Part shown: in pieces, positions 11,739 through 26,600 of the stretch
Numbering within the stretch: the stretch's first letter is position 1
Layout: the number at the start of each line of letters is the position of its first letter
Assembly: GCF_033153115.1 (NCBI RefSeq)
Contig: NW_026889757.1
Location: 9,734,001-9,798,000, forward strand
Reading direction: 5' to 3'
Origin: Saccostrea echinata
Taxonomy: Eukaryota
Length of the DNA stretch: 64,000 bases
The notes under the pieces: model-generated
The model's input: the letters and a program-made list of their open reading frames with translations, nothing else
What the model was told of the DNA's origin: nothing
Database searches by the model: none
Translations under genes and position numbers: made by a program

Positions 11739-14212
11739 GTTTTGTGCTTTAAAGAAAATGCACTATCATCTTTGTATTTGAAACTAGAAATAATAACGTC
11801 AATGTAATATTCGTTTTGTATTTTGCAAATTGACAATCCAGATTCCTTTCATAGTTTTCAGAACAAGAGAATATTAAGTGCTCAAATGCATAAACTTTTG
11901 ACAAAGGCGTCGACAAAAATATGCAGCTAAGATGTTTTTTGACTTGATGTATAATGTGTTGAGCAATTCTGTTTTGAAGTATTGTGAAAAGAATACCTCA
12001 TCCTTGTCGCCAGGTTATTTCATATTTATCAGTAACATAGAAGTAGCAAAATAAAGGTTTCTTTTCTTTATACATTTTAATAGTGTATATGACTGTATAT
12101 ATATTTAAGTCACATATAGGCATTTCTTTGAATTATTCATTCAGTGTCAATTTGACAACCTGGCTTTAGAACAAGGCAACGGCGTTATTGAATTCCCCAA
12201 TAATTAATCTTGAAAATTAAACAGACTAACAAGACTTTCCGTGTTAATTTCAACTGTCCTTTTCTGGATGATAACCGTCTAGTTTCTCGATATTTTTCTC
12301 GTACTTGTTTCAATTGCTCTTTTACCCCAGAAAAAATAACACCAAACTCCCAAAGGTTTACTCTTAAAGGGGTTTATAATAAAATCACAATCACTTCGCG
12401 CATGTACATAATTATTATCAGTCAGTAAATAGTATTTATAATTTAATTGATATATACAAGTATAGATCTGATTTCCTTACATGTAGATCAAATGACACAA
12501 TAGTTTCTTCAAATAGTCTTCAATATGAATGTTCATTGTTAGTATAAATATTTTCATTATTTATTTATATATTTGTTATAATTATTATTTTACATTTCTC
12601 TCATTCTGAATACTGCACCCACCCTTTTGGATTAGACTTAGCATATACTAATTAGTCTTAAAGAGGAAGTAAATATCAAATATTTAATCGTCCTACTTTG
12701 TATAACCAGGCATTAATAATATTTATTTCTGTAACTTTATTATTCTACTTCTTTATATTTGTTGTCCAGGATCTAGAAATGACTCGGCGTTATTCTGATG
12801 GTGCATACAAATATAATAAAACGCTGCACATTTATAGGCGTCTTTTAAACTTCTTTTATTATTGTGTGTACGTGTGTCTTGGATCAATCTCTTGAAAAGA
12901 TTTTTTTGTATCTTTTCATAACCATTTATAAGAAGAAAAAATAAGTTTGTAGTTAAACATGTACATTGTATAGAACTCTTAAACCGGATAGGTAACTCTG
13001 CTTCATTAATTCCTTTAATATTGAACATATTATTTACTCATTATAACACTGTGAATATCAAATGAACATTAGGTACCAATTAAAATTTCTCTCAACTTGC
13101 ATTAAAACGTAAACTTTTACTATAAAATATACTTAATAGATAGATCAAAAACACTTGTTTCAAGGCAAATTATATGCCTCTTTAAATTTCAAATATAAAA
13201 AATAAAGTACTTGTGGAGCAGAAACAATAAATTTAAAGCATAATTAAAGTCAACTAACTCTAACCTACGCTAGGTATCAATTTCATAATTCTAAACAGGT
13301 CTCTTTTTGATTTCTAATAGAATTGTTTTGATTTAATGATTGATCTTATAATCGTATTAAATTTGTCTATATTGATTACTTGTATTTGTCTGAAGAAGGT
13401 CATGACTTGTGAAGCTTGGTAGAAATAATTATATACTAAATGAACTAACAAGAATTCAAATTTACAATGTAATTGAAACTGATTTAAAACTAACTTTACA
13501 CTCAGAATATTTTCTTTCTACACAAAAAAGAGACAATTTCGTTGTCCCCCTTTCTTGAAAGATGGTGTAAAGTTTTAATATTCCTTTATTTAAAAATGTC
13601 AAAAGAAAAAAGAGGTAAAATTGGCCGGGGCATGTAATACTATTTCACAGTTAGTCCAAAGTAAAATGACAAACAAGGACATCGACACAATATTAATAAA
13701 GTCAAATGACGCAATTAAATGTGCAGCGTTTATATACACCTATATGCACATTCAGAATATCATTCAGTCATTTCTTGTTCCTTGACAACGTACGTAAAGA
13801 AATATAATAATTAACCCACAGAATTAAATATTTATTTTTATGACTGGTTGTACAAAGTAGGACATTTAAATACCTGATATTTACTTCCTCTTTGAGGCTG
13901 ATAAGTACAAGCTTAGTCTAATCCAAAGGGAAAAAAGTTTCCAGTATGTAGAATTCTGGAAAAGTAAGCATAAAACACTTTTGTACATAACAATTAAATT
14001 TCATACTGAAAACAAAAGGAAGAAACTTTTTTCATATTTTGGTATATATATATATGGGGCGGAAGTGGGTATCCTTGTAAAAAGNNNNNNNNNNNNNNNN
14101 NNNNNNNNNNNNNNNNNNNNNNNNNNNNNNNNNNNNNNNNNNNNNNNNNNNNNNNNNNNNNNNNNNNNNNNNNNNNNNNNNNNNNNNNNNNNNNNNNNNN
14201 NNNNNNNNNNNN

Positions 14213-14508
14213 GAGCCGGAAGGTCGTGTGCTCGAATCACGGCCGCGACTGACCTAATAAGTCGATAAAAAATAGGTAACAACTGTTCCTTCGCCAAGCG
14301 CTTTGAAGTGAAAGTTGCGGGTCATTCGGATGAGACCTTAAAAACCGAGGCCCCGTGACACGTAAGGCGTTGGCACGATGAGAATCCTCACTGCTCAATG
14401 GCCCTAAGTGCCGAGTAAAGGTCTAAATTTGAAGCCCTCCACCGGTATATGTATGAGTGAAAAATTCTCGAATGGGAAGTAAAACAACATACAATCAATC
14501 AATCAATC
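14213..14508 (+). mobile_element. tRNA-derived SINE with Deu/Nin-like core (possibly Meta+Deu type)
   Basis: B-box-like GCTCGAATC, core CGGATGAGACC..AAACCGAGGCCCCGTG and (CAAT)n tail. The 5' end falls in an N gap. Confidence 0.75.
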
Positions 14509-16199
14509 GTTTAGAGCGAACTTTTGTTAACTTGGGGTTATTATTTTTGGGTAAATGCGTTTGATATGTACAAGCAAGCTTGTATCTTGAATCTTGACGG
14601 CTGTTATTTATTAAATGCAGACCAAGACTGATAAATGAACATGAAATGTCATACTAGTTAGCGTGTTGTATTTTTTTTTTTTTTGGTATTATTTATTTAT
14701 AGTTTTTATAATGTCTTGACTTGTTTTTTAGCCTATTGACAAAGTAAATAAATATACAAGTACACATGCTTTTGCGACATAAAATATACGACGAAAGAAA
14801 CTCATAAATCTAGTATATTGACAAAAATGAAATTTTACCGTACACTAGTGTGAAATATTTTGTTGACAATTTTTCAGATGATAATTGCCCAATAATGATT
14901 ATAAACCAAGCGGAAATGTTTTCAATAGCACTGGTTTTGCCCATGTCTTTAACAAAAGCTTATGCGTTCTAGGACATAGTATATTTTTTTTTCATTGAAA
15001 AACATGAAAGGAATCAGGATATGACAATTTGCTAATTACGTGAAGAACACCACGTTGTCTTTATTACGTCTCATTACAGACATAAAGCTGATAATCCATT
15101 AACAATTACGGAATAGAAATATATATAGGAGAGATTATTGGAAAAAGTTTTACTAAAACTACTTACAGAATATTATTGGTAAATAGATTTAAATACGGAC
15201 AGTTGTTTAAATTCCAATTCTAATGTATACATTTTTATTTAGATATAGCTTCATCCAAAAGAAGTCTAGTGTACATGTACTTCTTTGCAATAAATGTACA
15301 CAATGTTATGATTATAAAATTAGAAATATGCATTTTGCTACTTAATGTCATATTTTAGTACTCAATTGTTTTATACTGTTCTAGGCTATATGTGAAGATT
15401 GTGCTTGTTGGGCATATTTTTCTCACAACTGATTTATGCATATTTTAAACCAAGAATTCAAGGAGACTTATTAATTTTTTGTTTCTATGTCAAGAACTTC
15501 TAAATCTACAGGTAATTATTTTTTTCTTCAATTTGACTGTTGATAATAAAAGTATTTTTGTGTGATCAAACATTTCTCTATAAGAATTCTATTTTCATTT
15601 GCTTTGATTTGAAATCATATATAAGAAAATCGTTCATTTGTAGTTTTTTTTTGCTATGAATAGCAAGTAAAAAGAATTATATGAAGATGAAGTCTATAGA
15701 ATTAACGTAGTCTAACTTTTTTTAAAAATAAAAAAAATGTATTTAGCATAACATGCCAAGTCACTATTTGTTAATGACGAATAACACCACAAAGTGTAGA
15801 CCATAAAACTCCCGATTCTCACTTCCTCTTTCAGGAAGAATAATCACAAATAAAAAAAGTACCCAAATCAATGCACCATATTAGTTTTAAAGATATGTTT
15901 TAATAAAATAAAAGATAAGCAGGAGGTGAATCATGCTGAAGATCTTGACAGGTTCTGATTTATTAAATACAAATTAGCACGGGAGACCTATATTAAAGAA
16001 AAACACAAACGATCAAGACGACTAAGTTTTACAGGATTATGTTTACATGTATTTATTTCGATTTATTGGTTCTAGAAGAGCCTTGAACTTGTCTTGTAGG
16101 CCAAGGAGTACTTGGGACTGTTTAAAATCTCGGTCGATCTATACGTGCGTGTGGTAAGTGTCAAAACTAAGAAGACTTTTCAGAATAAAGTTATTTCTA

Positions 16200-16868
16200 A
16201 AAACAATGCACTCTAAAAGATTTATTCAAAGAAGTCGCTTTAATACAAAGAGGCATGGCGTCTTTCTTTGCAAAAAATAACCATAAGAGAAGAGAACGAC
16301 ACATGCAGAACATATTTGTTTTTTTTTTAATTTGAAATTTTCTACACACAAGGCGAACACAACCGTATAGCTCCTTTGTATTATGACAGACGGGGTGCAG
16401 TTTTGGACTTCTATTGTCGGAAGATAAATCTGACTCAATCTGAGGGTTCCTTAAACTTGTCAACAAAGGTATATATGCTGTGATAACTAGTAACATTCTG
16501 AATCATAAAAGTTCAGTCTTGCATTCCACCATATTTCAAGTCTACACCCTACATTTCCCACAGATATTCACAAACTGTTGCTTCCAAACTTTTCAATAAT
16601 AATTAAAACTTTACAGTTCCTAGATATTGAACATCTAAAACAAAATCCTCTAAAGTGTTCTTGTTCTTTTCCTTCTTTCAACTACAGTCTCGCTGCATGT
16701 ACACGTCATTACTGGTGATGTAAATATAGTTGAAAATGAAGACCTAAAAGCAATTATCTTAAAAGGTCCTAAATACAGGGAGCCCCGATCTTTCAATTGG
16801 TGACAGAACTCTATTTTTATTATGAATGCTGTCGAAGATTATGCCAGACGGTGGGCTAAATATGAAAG
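16200..16868 (+). mobile_element. Penelope-like element fragment
   Basis: Homologous to the reverse complement of ~8930-9500 (KGPKYREPRSFNW, VEDYARRWAKYE). Confidence 0.75.
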
Positions 16869-16869
16869 G

Positions 16870-16998
16870 GATTGATTGATTGATTATATGCTGTTTAACG
16901 TCCCATTCAAGAATTTTTCACTCATATAGAGACGTCACCATATACCGGTGAAGGGCTTCAAATTTTGACCTTTACTCGGCACTCAGGGCCATTGAGCA
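16870..16998 (-). mobile_element. 3' fragment of the same SINE family
   Basis: (ATTG)n tail, then the reverse complement of GCTCAATGGCCCTGAGTGCCGAG...GAGTGAAAAATT. Confidence 0.75.
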
Positions 16999-19414
16999 TA
17001 ATTTTCATATGTTTGAACTTAAATATAATACAAACCTGCAATTTTTTATGCACATATGCGAAATAAACCTCAAGATATTCAAAATCAAAATTTTGACTTA
17101 AGTCTGTTCTCAGTTTATGGTCTTGAGGCCAGGATCTCATCTCTGTTTTCAGTTAAGAGATCCATATTGGCTCTGCCCACAAGTTGTATTGTTTAAATGG
17201 ACGTTTGAACATCATCACTGTTCGTTATCGTCACAATTCATTTAATTTATCATTAATTTTCATTTTTTCTTTTATACTAAATAAAATTTAAAATCTTTTA
17301 AAATTAATTTAAAATCTTGGTTTAAGCTGTCCTTTTTGTATGCAAAATCCCAGTTAACATACATGTATTCAATCATCATTTATGTTCATTACCTACAAAA
17401 AATGAATTAAGTACAAGTCTCTGCAAGAATCAGGCAAAAGGTGAATCATGAGGGTTCTCAGAATCAGATGATTTTCAACACATAGATTTCTCTTGCGCTA
17501 TAAACCATGTATGGAAAGTGAAAAAAGTTTTGGGTCATGGTTACTATGGAAACATGGCTTAAGAAATTTCCCTAGCAACCAGTGAATTTTCCATGTGTTT
17601 GGATAAAAAAATCACTGATCTTCAGGGCTTGAAATTGATTGTGAATATTTAAGAATTTCTTCTTATTTATTCTCATCGTAAAGACAAAAATTTAAAGTGT
17701 TTTCACAATGCATTGCATAGAAATAAGAATTTGAGATATATCTGTACTAGACATGGGTAGATATGCATGTTTTGTGTTTTTTTGCTGATTCAGCATTTTT
17801 GTTGATTTTGGTACTTTTCAAGGTCTTATAACTCAAACTTCTGGCGTAATACAGGAGTTGTAAATGTTTCGCATAAAAGCAGAGGAATGTCTCTTTTGGA
17901 CATTAAATTCAAAAAGGTGTGTTTTTTGAAAATTCCAATCCGTTGCCTAGCAACAAAAATGGATGTTTTGATAAATAAAAATGGAAAATCGTACAATGTG
18001 CAAACTATTAATCTAATAAACTGCTATCTTAGAGTACAAAAACACAGTTTAAAATAAGAAAATATATCTGAGACAATTTTGCAAACCAAGATTATTGTAA
18101 AGATTCTTATCTCCATGGCAACAGCAAATTTTCCATTGCAACAAAGCAAATAAAGTCACTTTTGGCACATATTTGTGAACAATTGTAAAATATTAATCCA
18201 CAGTTTGGTAGCATATTGCGATTTATCAAATTTGATTATGTAATAAATGTCTTAGCAAAGTACATTTTTAAAATTTTAACCCATTTTTATACTTTTAACC
18301 CATGGCAACAACATTTGAGCACATAAAAACCAAAATATGTTATGGAGAGTTAAGAGCAATTTTCTGTAACCACTTGAACTTTTTTCGGCACGCATGGTCA
18401 CAGATTTTCATGAAACTTTGCTCATTACAATAGTTACATATATAAAAGTTTGTCAACAGAATTTTATATCAATCAAAGTTTGGTTGCTATGTGCCTTGGT
18501 TGTCATGGTAACAGACAGGATGATTTCAACAAAATTTAGATTTTCGGCTACTTTGAATCTTTATTGACCCTTCACAAGCACGTAAAAAACCAAATTGGCC
18601 ATTAACCTATGAAAAAAAACCCAATAAACCTTGTTGCCACTTACTTGTAAAGAAAGTCTATGGAATATATCTCTATATAGGTGGTAACCATGGCTACACT
18701 CAGCATACATTTTATATGCAGAAAAACGCTCTGTATTTTCTTATTATAGGAATTACATGACTCAACTCAATCGCCAGTGATAAAAAAGAAAAATACTTGA
18801 CCTTATGAAAAAAAATCTTTTTAGCAATATTATTCTAACAATGAAAATATGAGTTGCCAAGATGACACAGCATAGTACCACAATTTGTTATAACCCAGCA
18901 AACAAAGATATGGGTTATAAAGGAATCACCTGTCTGTCTGTCTCTGTGTCCTTTTGTAAGTGCAATCATGTCCGGGTCATAACTTTGTAATGCTTTGTAA
19001 TGTGGAAACATTACAAGTTCATTCTTGATTGAAAAATTGTTAATAATCTGAGGGTGTATCTCAACTTTTACCCAAGGTCATTTCAGCTAGTTCAAGGTCA
19101 CTAGCAGTTAAAAGTGTAACGTTCATGTCTTGTCTACAACTGTATAACTGTATAAAATGGGACACTCAACATGCTCAAAAGTGCCATTTTTCAAACTTTA
19201 GGGCATGTTGTCACAGTGAGACTTGGCAACCAATATTTGCTTGATGGTATTAATGCTTAATGGTACTAAATTTAGGCTGAATCATGTCAGTTGGAATGGA
19301 AAAAAGTTGTTTAGCAATGTAATTAACCATACATTTTGGGGGTGTAAGAAAAAAAATCAAACATTGTTTCATTTGTTACCATGTCAAGAAGTCTCCCTCT
19401 CTATATATAATCTA

Positions 19415-19441
19415 CTAGGTGAAATCCCGCGCAAGCGCGGG
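19415..19441 (-). mobile_element. Helitron-like 3' terminus
   Basis: GC hairpin CCCGCGC-AA-GCGCGGG followed on the minus strand by CTAG|T. Confidence 0.55.
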
Positions 19442-21162
19442 GGATTGAATTTTTACCACTATCGACAGAAAAGATATTGTAGTTTCTACTGACAGACTAC
19501 AGGCTTATAGCAGGAAGAAATACTTTGATCAAAATCCTGCACGAAGTAGATGTACGTCTCTATCCCACTCCCTTTGGTAAAAACTTGAAAAATAAACCAT
19601 TAATTGACGTTTATTATGAAACCTGTTATACTATGTTATGGATATTGTACTCCAGATGCTCTTATTTCATTTCTGTCATGGATGAAAGCAGCATATAAGC
19701 ACATTTTACTGATAAATTGATTTTATTTTAAAGGGGGGGGGGGGTAAAAATTCACAGGTACTTGGGTCTTGGTATATAAATATGTATGTATCTTATTGTT
19801 ATGTAAAAAAGGTACTTTACTTTTTTTACATATCAATAAGGTACATACATGTTTATAAACCAATACCCTAGTACCTGTGCAAAAATTAGCTTCTAATGCC
19901 CGATGAATAGGCCGATTATTTGATACAAAAGACTGTATTCAGAAAAAAAATGAAATGTATTGATTAAAGCACAAAATTTTACAACTTTAAATGTATTTGA
20001 ACAATACCTTATTCATTAATTTTCTCTTTTCATATATAAGCAAGTTTATTACGAAGTACAATTTGTACTTCGGGTTCGTTGCCACGACGCTCTCAGTGTG
20101 GAATATAAACAAATTTCACCGATAAATGTATCAGGAAAACGTACTATACATATGTAATTAATAGTCTTTCGATATATAAATATATTCACAACTTAAAGTG
20201 TTATCAATGATTACCATCATTTCAATGACCATTTACAAAAAAGCTTCTAATGTTCATGCAGCTATAATCGTCTAGTTTTTATTAAACATCGGGCTCGATG
20301 CTATATGATGTTCTAGAAGCTTCCGTCAATAATAAGATCGGTGAATGACAAAAATAATTTGCACATTTCCCTTTTTAATCGGTTATCACAACTTATTTCT
20401 TTTATATCATTTAAATCAAGTTTTTATTGAATATTTCAATGATGACGTTTTATGAAATAAATAAACAATTTTTTGTTGTCAGTTTCATTCAAAATTGCCG
20501 GTAACTTAGATCCGCCAACAGGAAACACCACCGTACTCACGTTTTTGCTATTTCATGGCTGTTTATAGAAAATGAAAGTAGACTTTTTATTCAATGTACA
20601 ATACCTACTATGCGAGTGAAATCTAAATATACTTTACGGACATCATCTTGTATCCAGTGTTTTGGTAGAGGAGTAAGTAAGAACTCTGGTGCACCCGTTT
20701 CGGAGTTTATTTGCAAAATTTATTAATTTATAAGTATAGATACCCATATATTTTCGCATAGTGTTCTAAGGATTTATAAAACGTAAGCATACTATGCCTA
20801 AATAGTGCACGGCTTCTTTTTCTAAAGAAAATCCGACGACAAGGATCGAACTCATGATCACGAAATTGTCAGTCCGACGTGCTACCGACATGACGCTGTT
20901 ATCAAACACTGTATTTTAATGTAAATAACCGTAGTTCAAATATTTGACACTTAAAAGAAAACTAAACAAAACATTTTTTTAAAATAGTTTCTTACAATTT
21001 TTTTTTATCCCTTTATTCAATTAAAATTCTTTGAAATGTTCTGTACATTATACCTCACTGCACGAAAAGCTCAAAATTATGACGTAATTGTATCACATTG
21101 TGACGTCGTAAAAGGGGTGTAACAACATGTTAGTAAGAGACGTTGGAAATCGAAAAAAATAT

Positions 21163-21450
21163 TGTTATACCCCCTTCGAAGAAGGGGGGGCATATTGCTT
21201 TGCTGCTGTCTGTCGGTTGGTTGATTTGTCTGTCTGTCGGTTTCACCAACAGTTTCCGTTCATTTTCTTCGCAGAGGTTGCACATACTGAAATGAAATTT
21301 GGTATACAGATGTATCATAAGAATATCTAGGTCAAGTTTTGTTTTGAGTACGATTGGGCAATTTTTGACAGATGTGTGCCCCTTGGACTTAGAAAAATTC
21401 CAATTCTTTGGGGGGGGGGGTGCATAAGTGTTTCACAAACATCTCTTGTT
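21163..21450 (+). mobile_element. Short Helentron/HINE-type non-autonomous element
   Basis: CCCCTTCGAAGAAGGGG hairpin, GTCT/GTCG microsatellite, terminal GTGTTTCACAAACATCTCTTGTT palindrome. Confidence 0.65.
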
Positions 21451-22169
21451 GCTTTTATACAACAGTCAGTATAATAACAACAATAGTGTTGTGGTTTGCA
21501 TGCACCTCCAGCACCACGTGTCAAACCCTGACTACTATTTAGGCATAGTGCATTGCAAAGCACAACACTATTATATAAATCAAGCACTGAATCCAGCCTT
21601 TTCAAAACTGATGTCCCTTAGCCGCCATCTTTGGGGAAAATCATAGAACTCTCACAGTAGGCTTTGTAGTTTTCTGGTTTGTAACTTTGTCATTTGACCA
21701 GACAATTTTTTTTACTTCTATGTTGATCGCCAAAGGATAAGGCTATCCATACATTGAAGGAAAAGAATTTAAACACAATGGATGCATCAGACCACGCCCA
21801 AATGTTTGGTAGGAAAAGTCGTTTTTTTCCCTTTTGACTTTTCGGTTGCAAATCTGAAAGGGACACAACTTTTGCAAAGTATGGATAGGATTATTCACCA
21901 AAGTGATGTGGAACAGCCTATTAATGTCCCCAATTTAACATTCCAAAATTATACATGTCGATACAAATTAATAAGGAGAATAGCAGTGGTCCTGATCTAT
22001 CTACACTTTTAACCGAAAGTGTCATTGAACATTACCGGAATGACCTTGGATCAAGGCAACATCATACCTCAAGACCATATGTAATATTTTTGTGAACAAT
22101 GAACTTTCAATGCTTTAGCTCTACTGGTCAGAGACCAGAAGAGCTAATGCGATAGTAAGGTGTCCGTCC

Positions 22170-22203
<34 letters not shown>

Positions 22204-22294
22204 AATTTTTCAAAAACGCTACTCCTCCTACAGTTTTGGCCTGATTTCAATATAACTTGGCACACAAGTAGACTACACTAAGATACATTATTCT

Positions 22295-23648
22295 GGGGTG
22301 TTGCCAAAACGCGGAACGGAAAACGGAACGGAAAGCGGAACGGAACGGAAAATTTGATGTCAAGTTTAGCACAGGTATAATTTGGACATAGGAATCAGTA
22401 TTTCTTATATTATACATGTAGTTCATATCTAATTAAAAGTTATCGTAACAGAGTGATTTATTCATATTTTTCCCCTCAAAACATGTGGCATATACATGCA
22501 ATGGTCAATAATTAGACTCACATCTCAATTATCTATCAGAATGTCTCATTTATCACTCATCCAAATCTGAATTTAAAAATGGCTTATTCGTCAAAGACAA
22601 AATCATCATTATTTATTATAAAAGGGGCAATGTTGTCTTAAAACAGACGGAGAGAAAGATAAATTCAGAGCATATATCAGGCCCGTAGAGCGCAGAGGGG
22701 AGGGGGGCCTGCTCCCCCTTTTTTCTGAGTATAGTTTTTGCTATAGTAAATTTTCCTTTAGATGCTGGTTGCCCCCCCCCCCCCTCCTCCCATTTTGATG
22801 TTGTAAGGTCGAGCATAGGCAAATTCCAGGATCTGGACAGTAAATTAGCTTTTTTTTTGCTTGACAGATAACTTGGTGGGATGTTGCAACCCCCCCAACC
22901 CTGACCCCACCCACTAGTGTAGTTTTTTTTGTGCTTGGCCCCCCACTTTTGAAACTGTTGCTATGGGCCTGTATATACCTTTGTGCTAGAGACAATGATC
23001 ACTGGCATTAAGAAAAAAAAAATAAAAAGGTTTATCACAACTACAGGAGTGTTGTTGCAATCAACGGGGATTTCAGAAAGAAAGCAGAGATGTATATGAC
23101 TAGATTGTTCAAAACGGCGCAAACTGATTGCACAGAATACCATAAAATGGATGGAGAAATTACATATTTTCGAGAAAATTTAGAGTTGTTATTTATATTT
23201 TAGTACTGGGGGGTTGCAGAGATGTACGTTATCCACGCTTAAGGTGTATGGGTATATATGCATTGAAAATTGTGGAATTTTTATTTTTCGCTCATAAGGC
23301 TCATAAGGATATCGAAAACCTGCCGTTCATATTGATCAGAGTGATCTTCAATAAAGTTTTTCCACTCATCCATATTTTACCACAACATGTTACATGTATA
23401 TATATTTTCTGTTCCGTTTTCCATACCCTTTGTCTATGTTTAGAGGTCTTCATGAATAAGAGAATGAACATGACTAAATTAACTCGCATTTAAATAATTA
23501 AGGATTAAATATGAAAAAATTATATGATGTATACTGTTTCTGGTATGATTTTTATATTTTAAGTGATTTAACCTGGAATCGTATGTTCCGTTTTCCGTTC
23601 CGTTCCACATTCCGTTCCGTTTTCCGTTCCGCGTTTTAGCAACACCCC
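22295..23648. mobile_element. Nested TIR DNA transposon (MULE- or hAT-like)
   Basis: TIRs GGGGTGTTGC.AAAACGCGGAACGGAAAACGGAACGGAA, with 8-10-bp TSD (C)ATTATTCT(G)/(C)ATAATTCT(G) inside one satellite unit. Confidence 0.8.
22678..22971. mobile_element. GC-rich MITE with 5-bp TSD (hAT5-like)
   Basis: CAGGCCCGTAG...CTATGGGCCTG flanked by TATAT on both sides. Confidence 0.65.
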
Positions 23649-26600
23649 ATAATTCTGTATATCAGTTTTTGATTTCAATGAACGGTGTTGCCATGGTTAC
23701 TAAAAATAGAAATTTCTGTAAAATACTTTCAAAATGCTACTCTTCCTACAATTTTGATCTGATTTCATTATAACTTGGCACACAAGTAGACTATACTAAG
23801 ATACATAATTCTGTTTATCGGTTTTTGATTTCAATGAACAGTGTTGCAATGGTTAGTAAAAATAGAAATTTCTGTGAAATACATTCAAAAAGCTACTCCT
23901 TCTACTGTTTTGATCTCTTTAAATATAACTTGACACATAAACTACACAAGATACATAATTCTGTGTATCCGTTTTTGATTTGGATGAACGGTGTTGCCAT
24001 GGTTACTAAAAATAAAAATTTTCTTGAAATACTTTCAAAATGCTACTCCTCCTACAGTTTTGGTCTGATTTTAGTCTAACTTAACACACGAGTAGACTAC
24101 ACTAAGATACATAATTCTTTTTACCAGTTTTTGATTTGGATGAACGGTGTTGCCATGGTTACTAAAAATAGAAATTTCCTTGAAATACTTTCAAAATGCT
24201 ACTCCTCCTACAGTTTTAATCTCATTTCAATATAACTTGGCACACAAATAGACTACACAAAGCTACATAATTCTGTGTATTTTTTTGATTTGGATGAACG
24301 GTGTTGCCATGGTTACTAAAAATAGAAATTTCCTTGAAATACTTTCAAAATGCTACTCCTCCTACATGTTTTGTCTGATTTCAGTATAACTCGGCATACA
24401 AGTAGACTACACTGAGATACATAATTGTCATTATTGCTTTTTGATTTTGTTGAATGATGTTGCCATGGTTACTTAAATCGAAATTTCTGTAATTTTTTTT
24501 TAAAAGGCTACTCCTCCAAGAGTTTTATTCTGATTGCAATAAATCTGGCCACAAAACAGACTAAACTAAGGATCATTATTCTATTCATTGCTGTTGCAAA
24601 GTTTCAAGTCTAAGTCCTTTATAAGTACAAGTAGAGCTACAGTCTCATCAGAGACTTCTGGTTCAATTAAGAGCTGTGTACTAGAAATGAACATGACACT
24701 TTTCCTGGAAGCGACCTTGACCTTGCCAAAATGACCTTGAATAAATATGAAGACACATCCCTGAATCATTAGCAATATTTGTTTCAGGTATGGGATTCGA
24801 ATGTTTAATCATTTCAAGATGTAGACAGGACACTAGGGCTGGGCAAAATATCGTTATTTCGGTATGTTGCAATCCAATGACAAAACATATCGTATTGCAA
24901 TACGATATACTGGCAAAATGCTTGAACTCGGGAAATCTATTATTAAATTTAAAAAAAAAAGTTGTCGGAAAGGTCTGTAGTTAAGCCAAACAGTAAGACA
25001 GTGCATAACTGTAATTAAATCAATATGATTTTTTCCTTTTTGGTTACTTAACACAGATATGTACATTGTGCATGTAAATGGAAGTTAATATAATAAGAAA
25101 AGGCCATTTTGATTTTCGTTCAAAATTTTGCAATACATATTGCAATACAGTTAAAAATATTGCAATATATTGCAAAACGAAAGTTCTGGCCAATACCCGT
25201 CTTACAGGACAAAATGTGTACATTTTTCAAAATTGACTATGAACTTGATCAAATGACCTTACGTCAAAATCATGACATACTTTAAGGTCATAATCAATTT
25301 TTCGATGAAGTATGAACATCCAATACTTTCCATTAGAAAATAAGACCAGGCACAAATTTAACATTTTTTTCCGCCAGTGGTCTTCATTTGCTAGAATTAT
25401 CATGGGTCAAGACCATGACACACTCTTTGCTCACATGCAATCTATCAAAAATGAACTTCTAAATGGTTCTCCATTACAAAGTTATGTGATCTGGACAGAT
25501 ATTTTAAACTTTTTCTTGTAGTGATCTTGATCTTGCTGGAATGACCTTGGGTTAAGGTTTGAACATACCACTGGGGCATAAATTTTTTTTGTCAAGCATG
25601 AACTTACAATATTTCTCCATAACGAAATGTGGTCAGGACACGAATTATACATTTTTTTTTATAAAGGATCTTGAACTTTATCATCTGACATTGAATGAAG
25701 AACATGATACACCTACATGTCTTAAACAATCTCTGTATGAAGTTTGATATCCGATATGCCTTCATAAAAAAGTTATAGACCAGACACGAATTTTACACTA
25801 TTTACTGCCAAAGACCTTGAACTAGCTGAAATGACCTTGGGTTAAACAAAGTCAAAATTCAACCTCAGATTATAAACAATCGTTTTATCAAGAATGAACT
25901 TGCAGTCTTTCCCCATTACAAAGTTATGACCCCATCATGATTGCACAGACAAAAGAATACAGAGACAGACAGACAAAGTGTTTCCTATATACCCCAGTCT
26001 TTGTTTGCTGGGTTATAACTATGGCACAAATGATTTGTTATCATGGCAGTCGATATTTTAATTGTTAGAATAATATTGCAATAACATCTTTTCATAAATT
26101 AAGATTAAGTTAAGTCTCGAGCTCCCCTAATAAGAAAATACTGAGCGTTTTTCTGCATATAAAATGTATGCTGAGTGTAGCCATGGTTACCACCTATACA
26201 GAGATATATTCCAAAGACTTTCTTTACATAATAAGTGGCAACAAGCTTTTTTGGTTTTTTTATCATAGGTAAATGGCCAATTTGGTTTTTTACGTGCTTG
26301 TGAAGGGTCAATAAAGATTCAAAGTAGCCGAAAATCTAAATTTTGTTGAAATCATCCTGTCTGTTACCATGACAACCAAGGCACATAGCAACCAAACTTT
26401 GATTGATATAAAATTCTCTTGTCAAACATTATATATGTAACTATTATAATGAGCAAAGTTTCATGAAAATCGGTGACCATGCGTGCCAAAAAAAAGTTCA
26501 AGTGGTTACAGAAAATTGCTCTTAACTCTCCAAAACATATTTTGGTTCTTATGTGTTCAAATGTTGTTGCCATGGGTTAAAAGTATAAAAATGGGTTAAA

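Larger units (their letters stand above)
22114..24665 (+). mobile_element. Helentron-type element carrying a ~160-bp tandem satellite array
   Basis: TTTAGCTCTAC...GTAGAGCTA subterminal IRs, (GTCT)n, and ~6 units of CTACTCCTCCTACAGTTTT...GTTGCCATGGTTACT at 22200-22294 and 23650-24600. Confidence 0.75.

Noticed and set aside
15385-15511. AG...GT-bounded segment as a 5' UTR exon of gene A
   Set aside because: No coding or homology support, and such sites arise by chance.
23650-24600. CRISPR-like repeat array
   Set aside because: Whole ~160-bp units repeat with no unique spacers. It is a Helentron-associated satellite in a eukaryotic genome with no cas genes.
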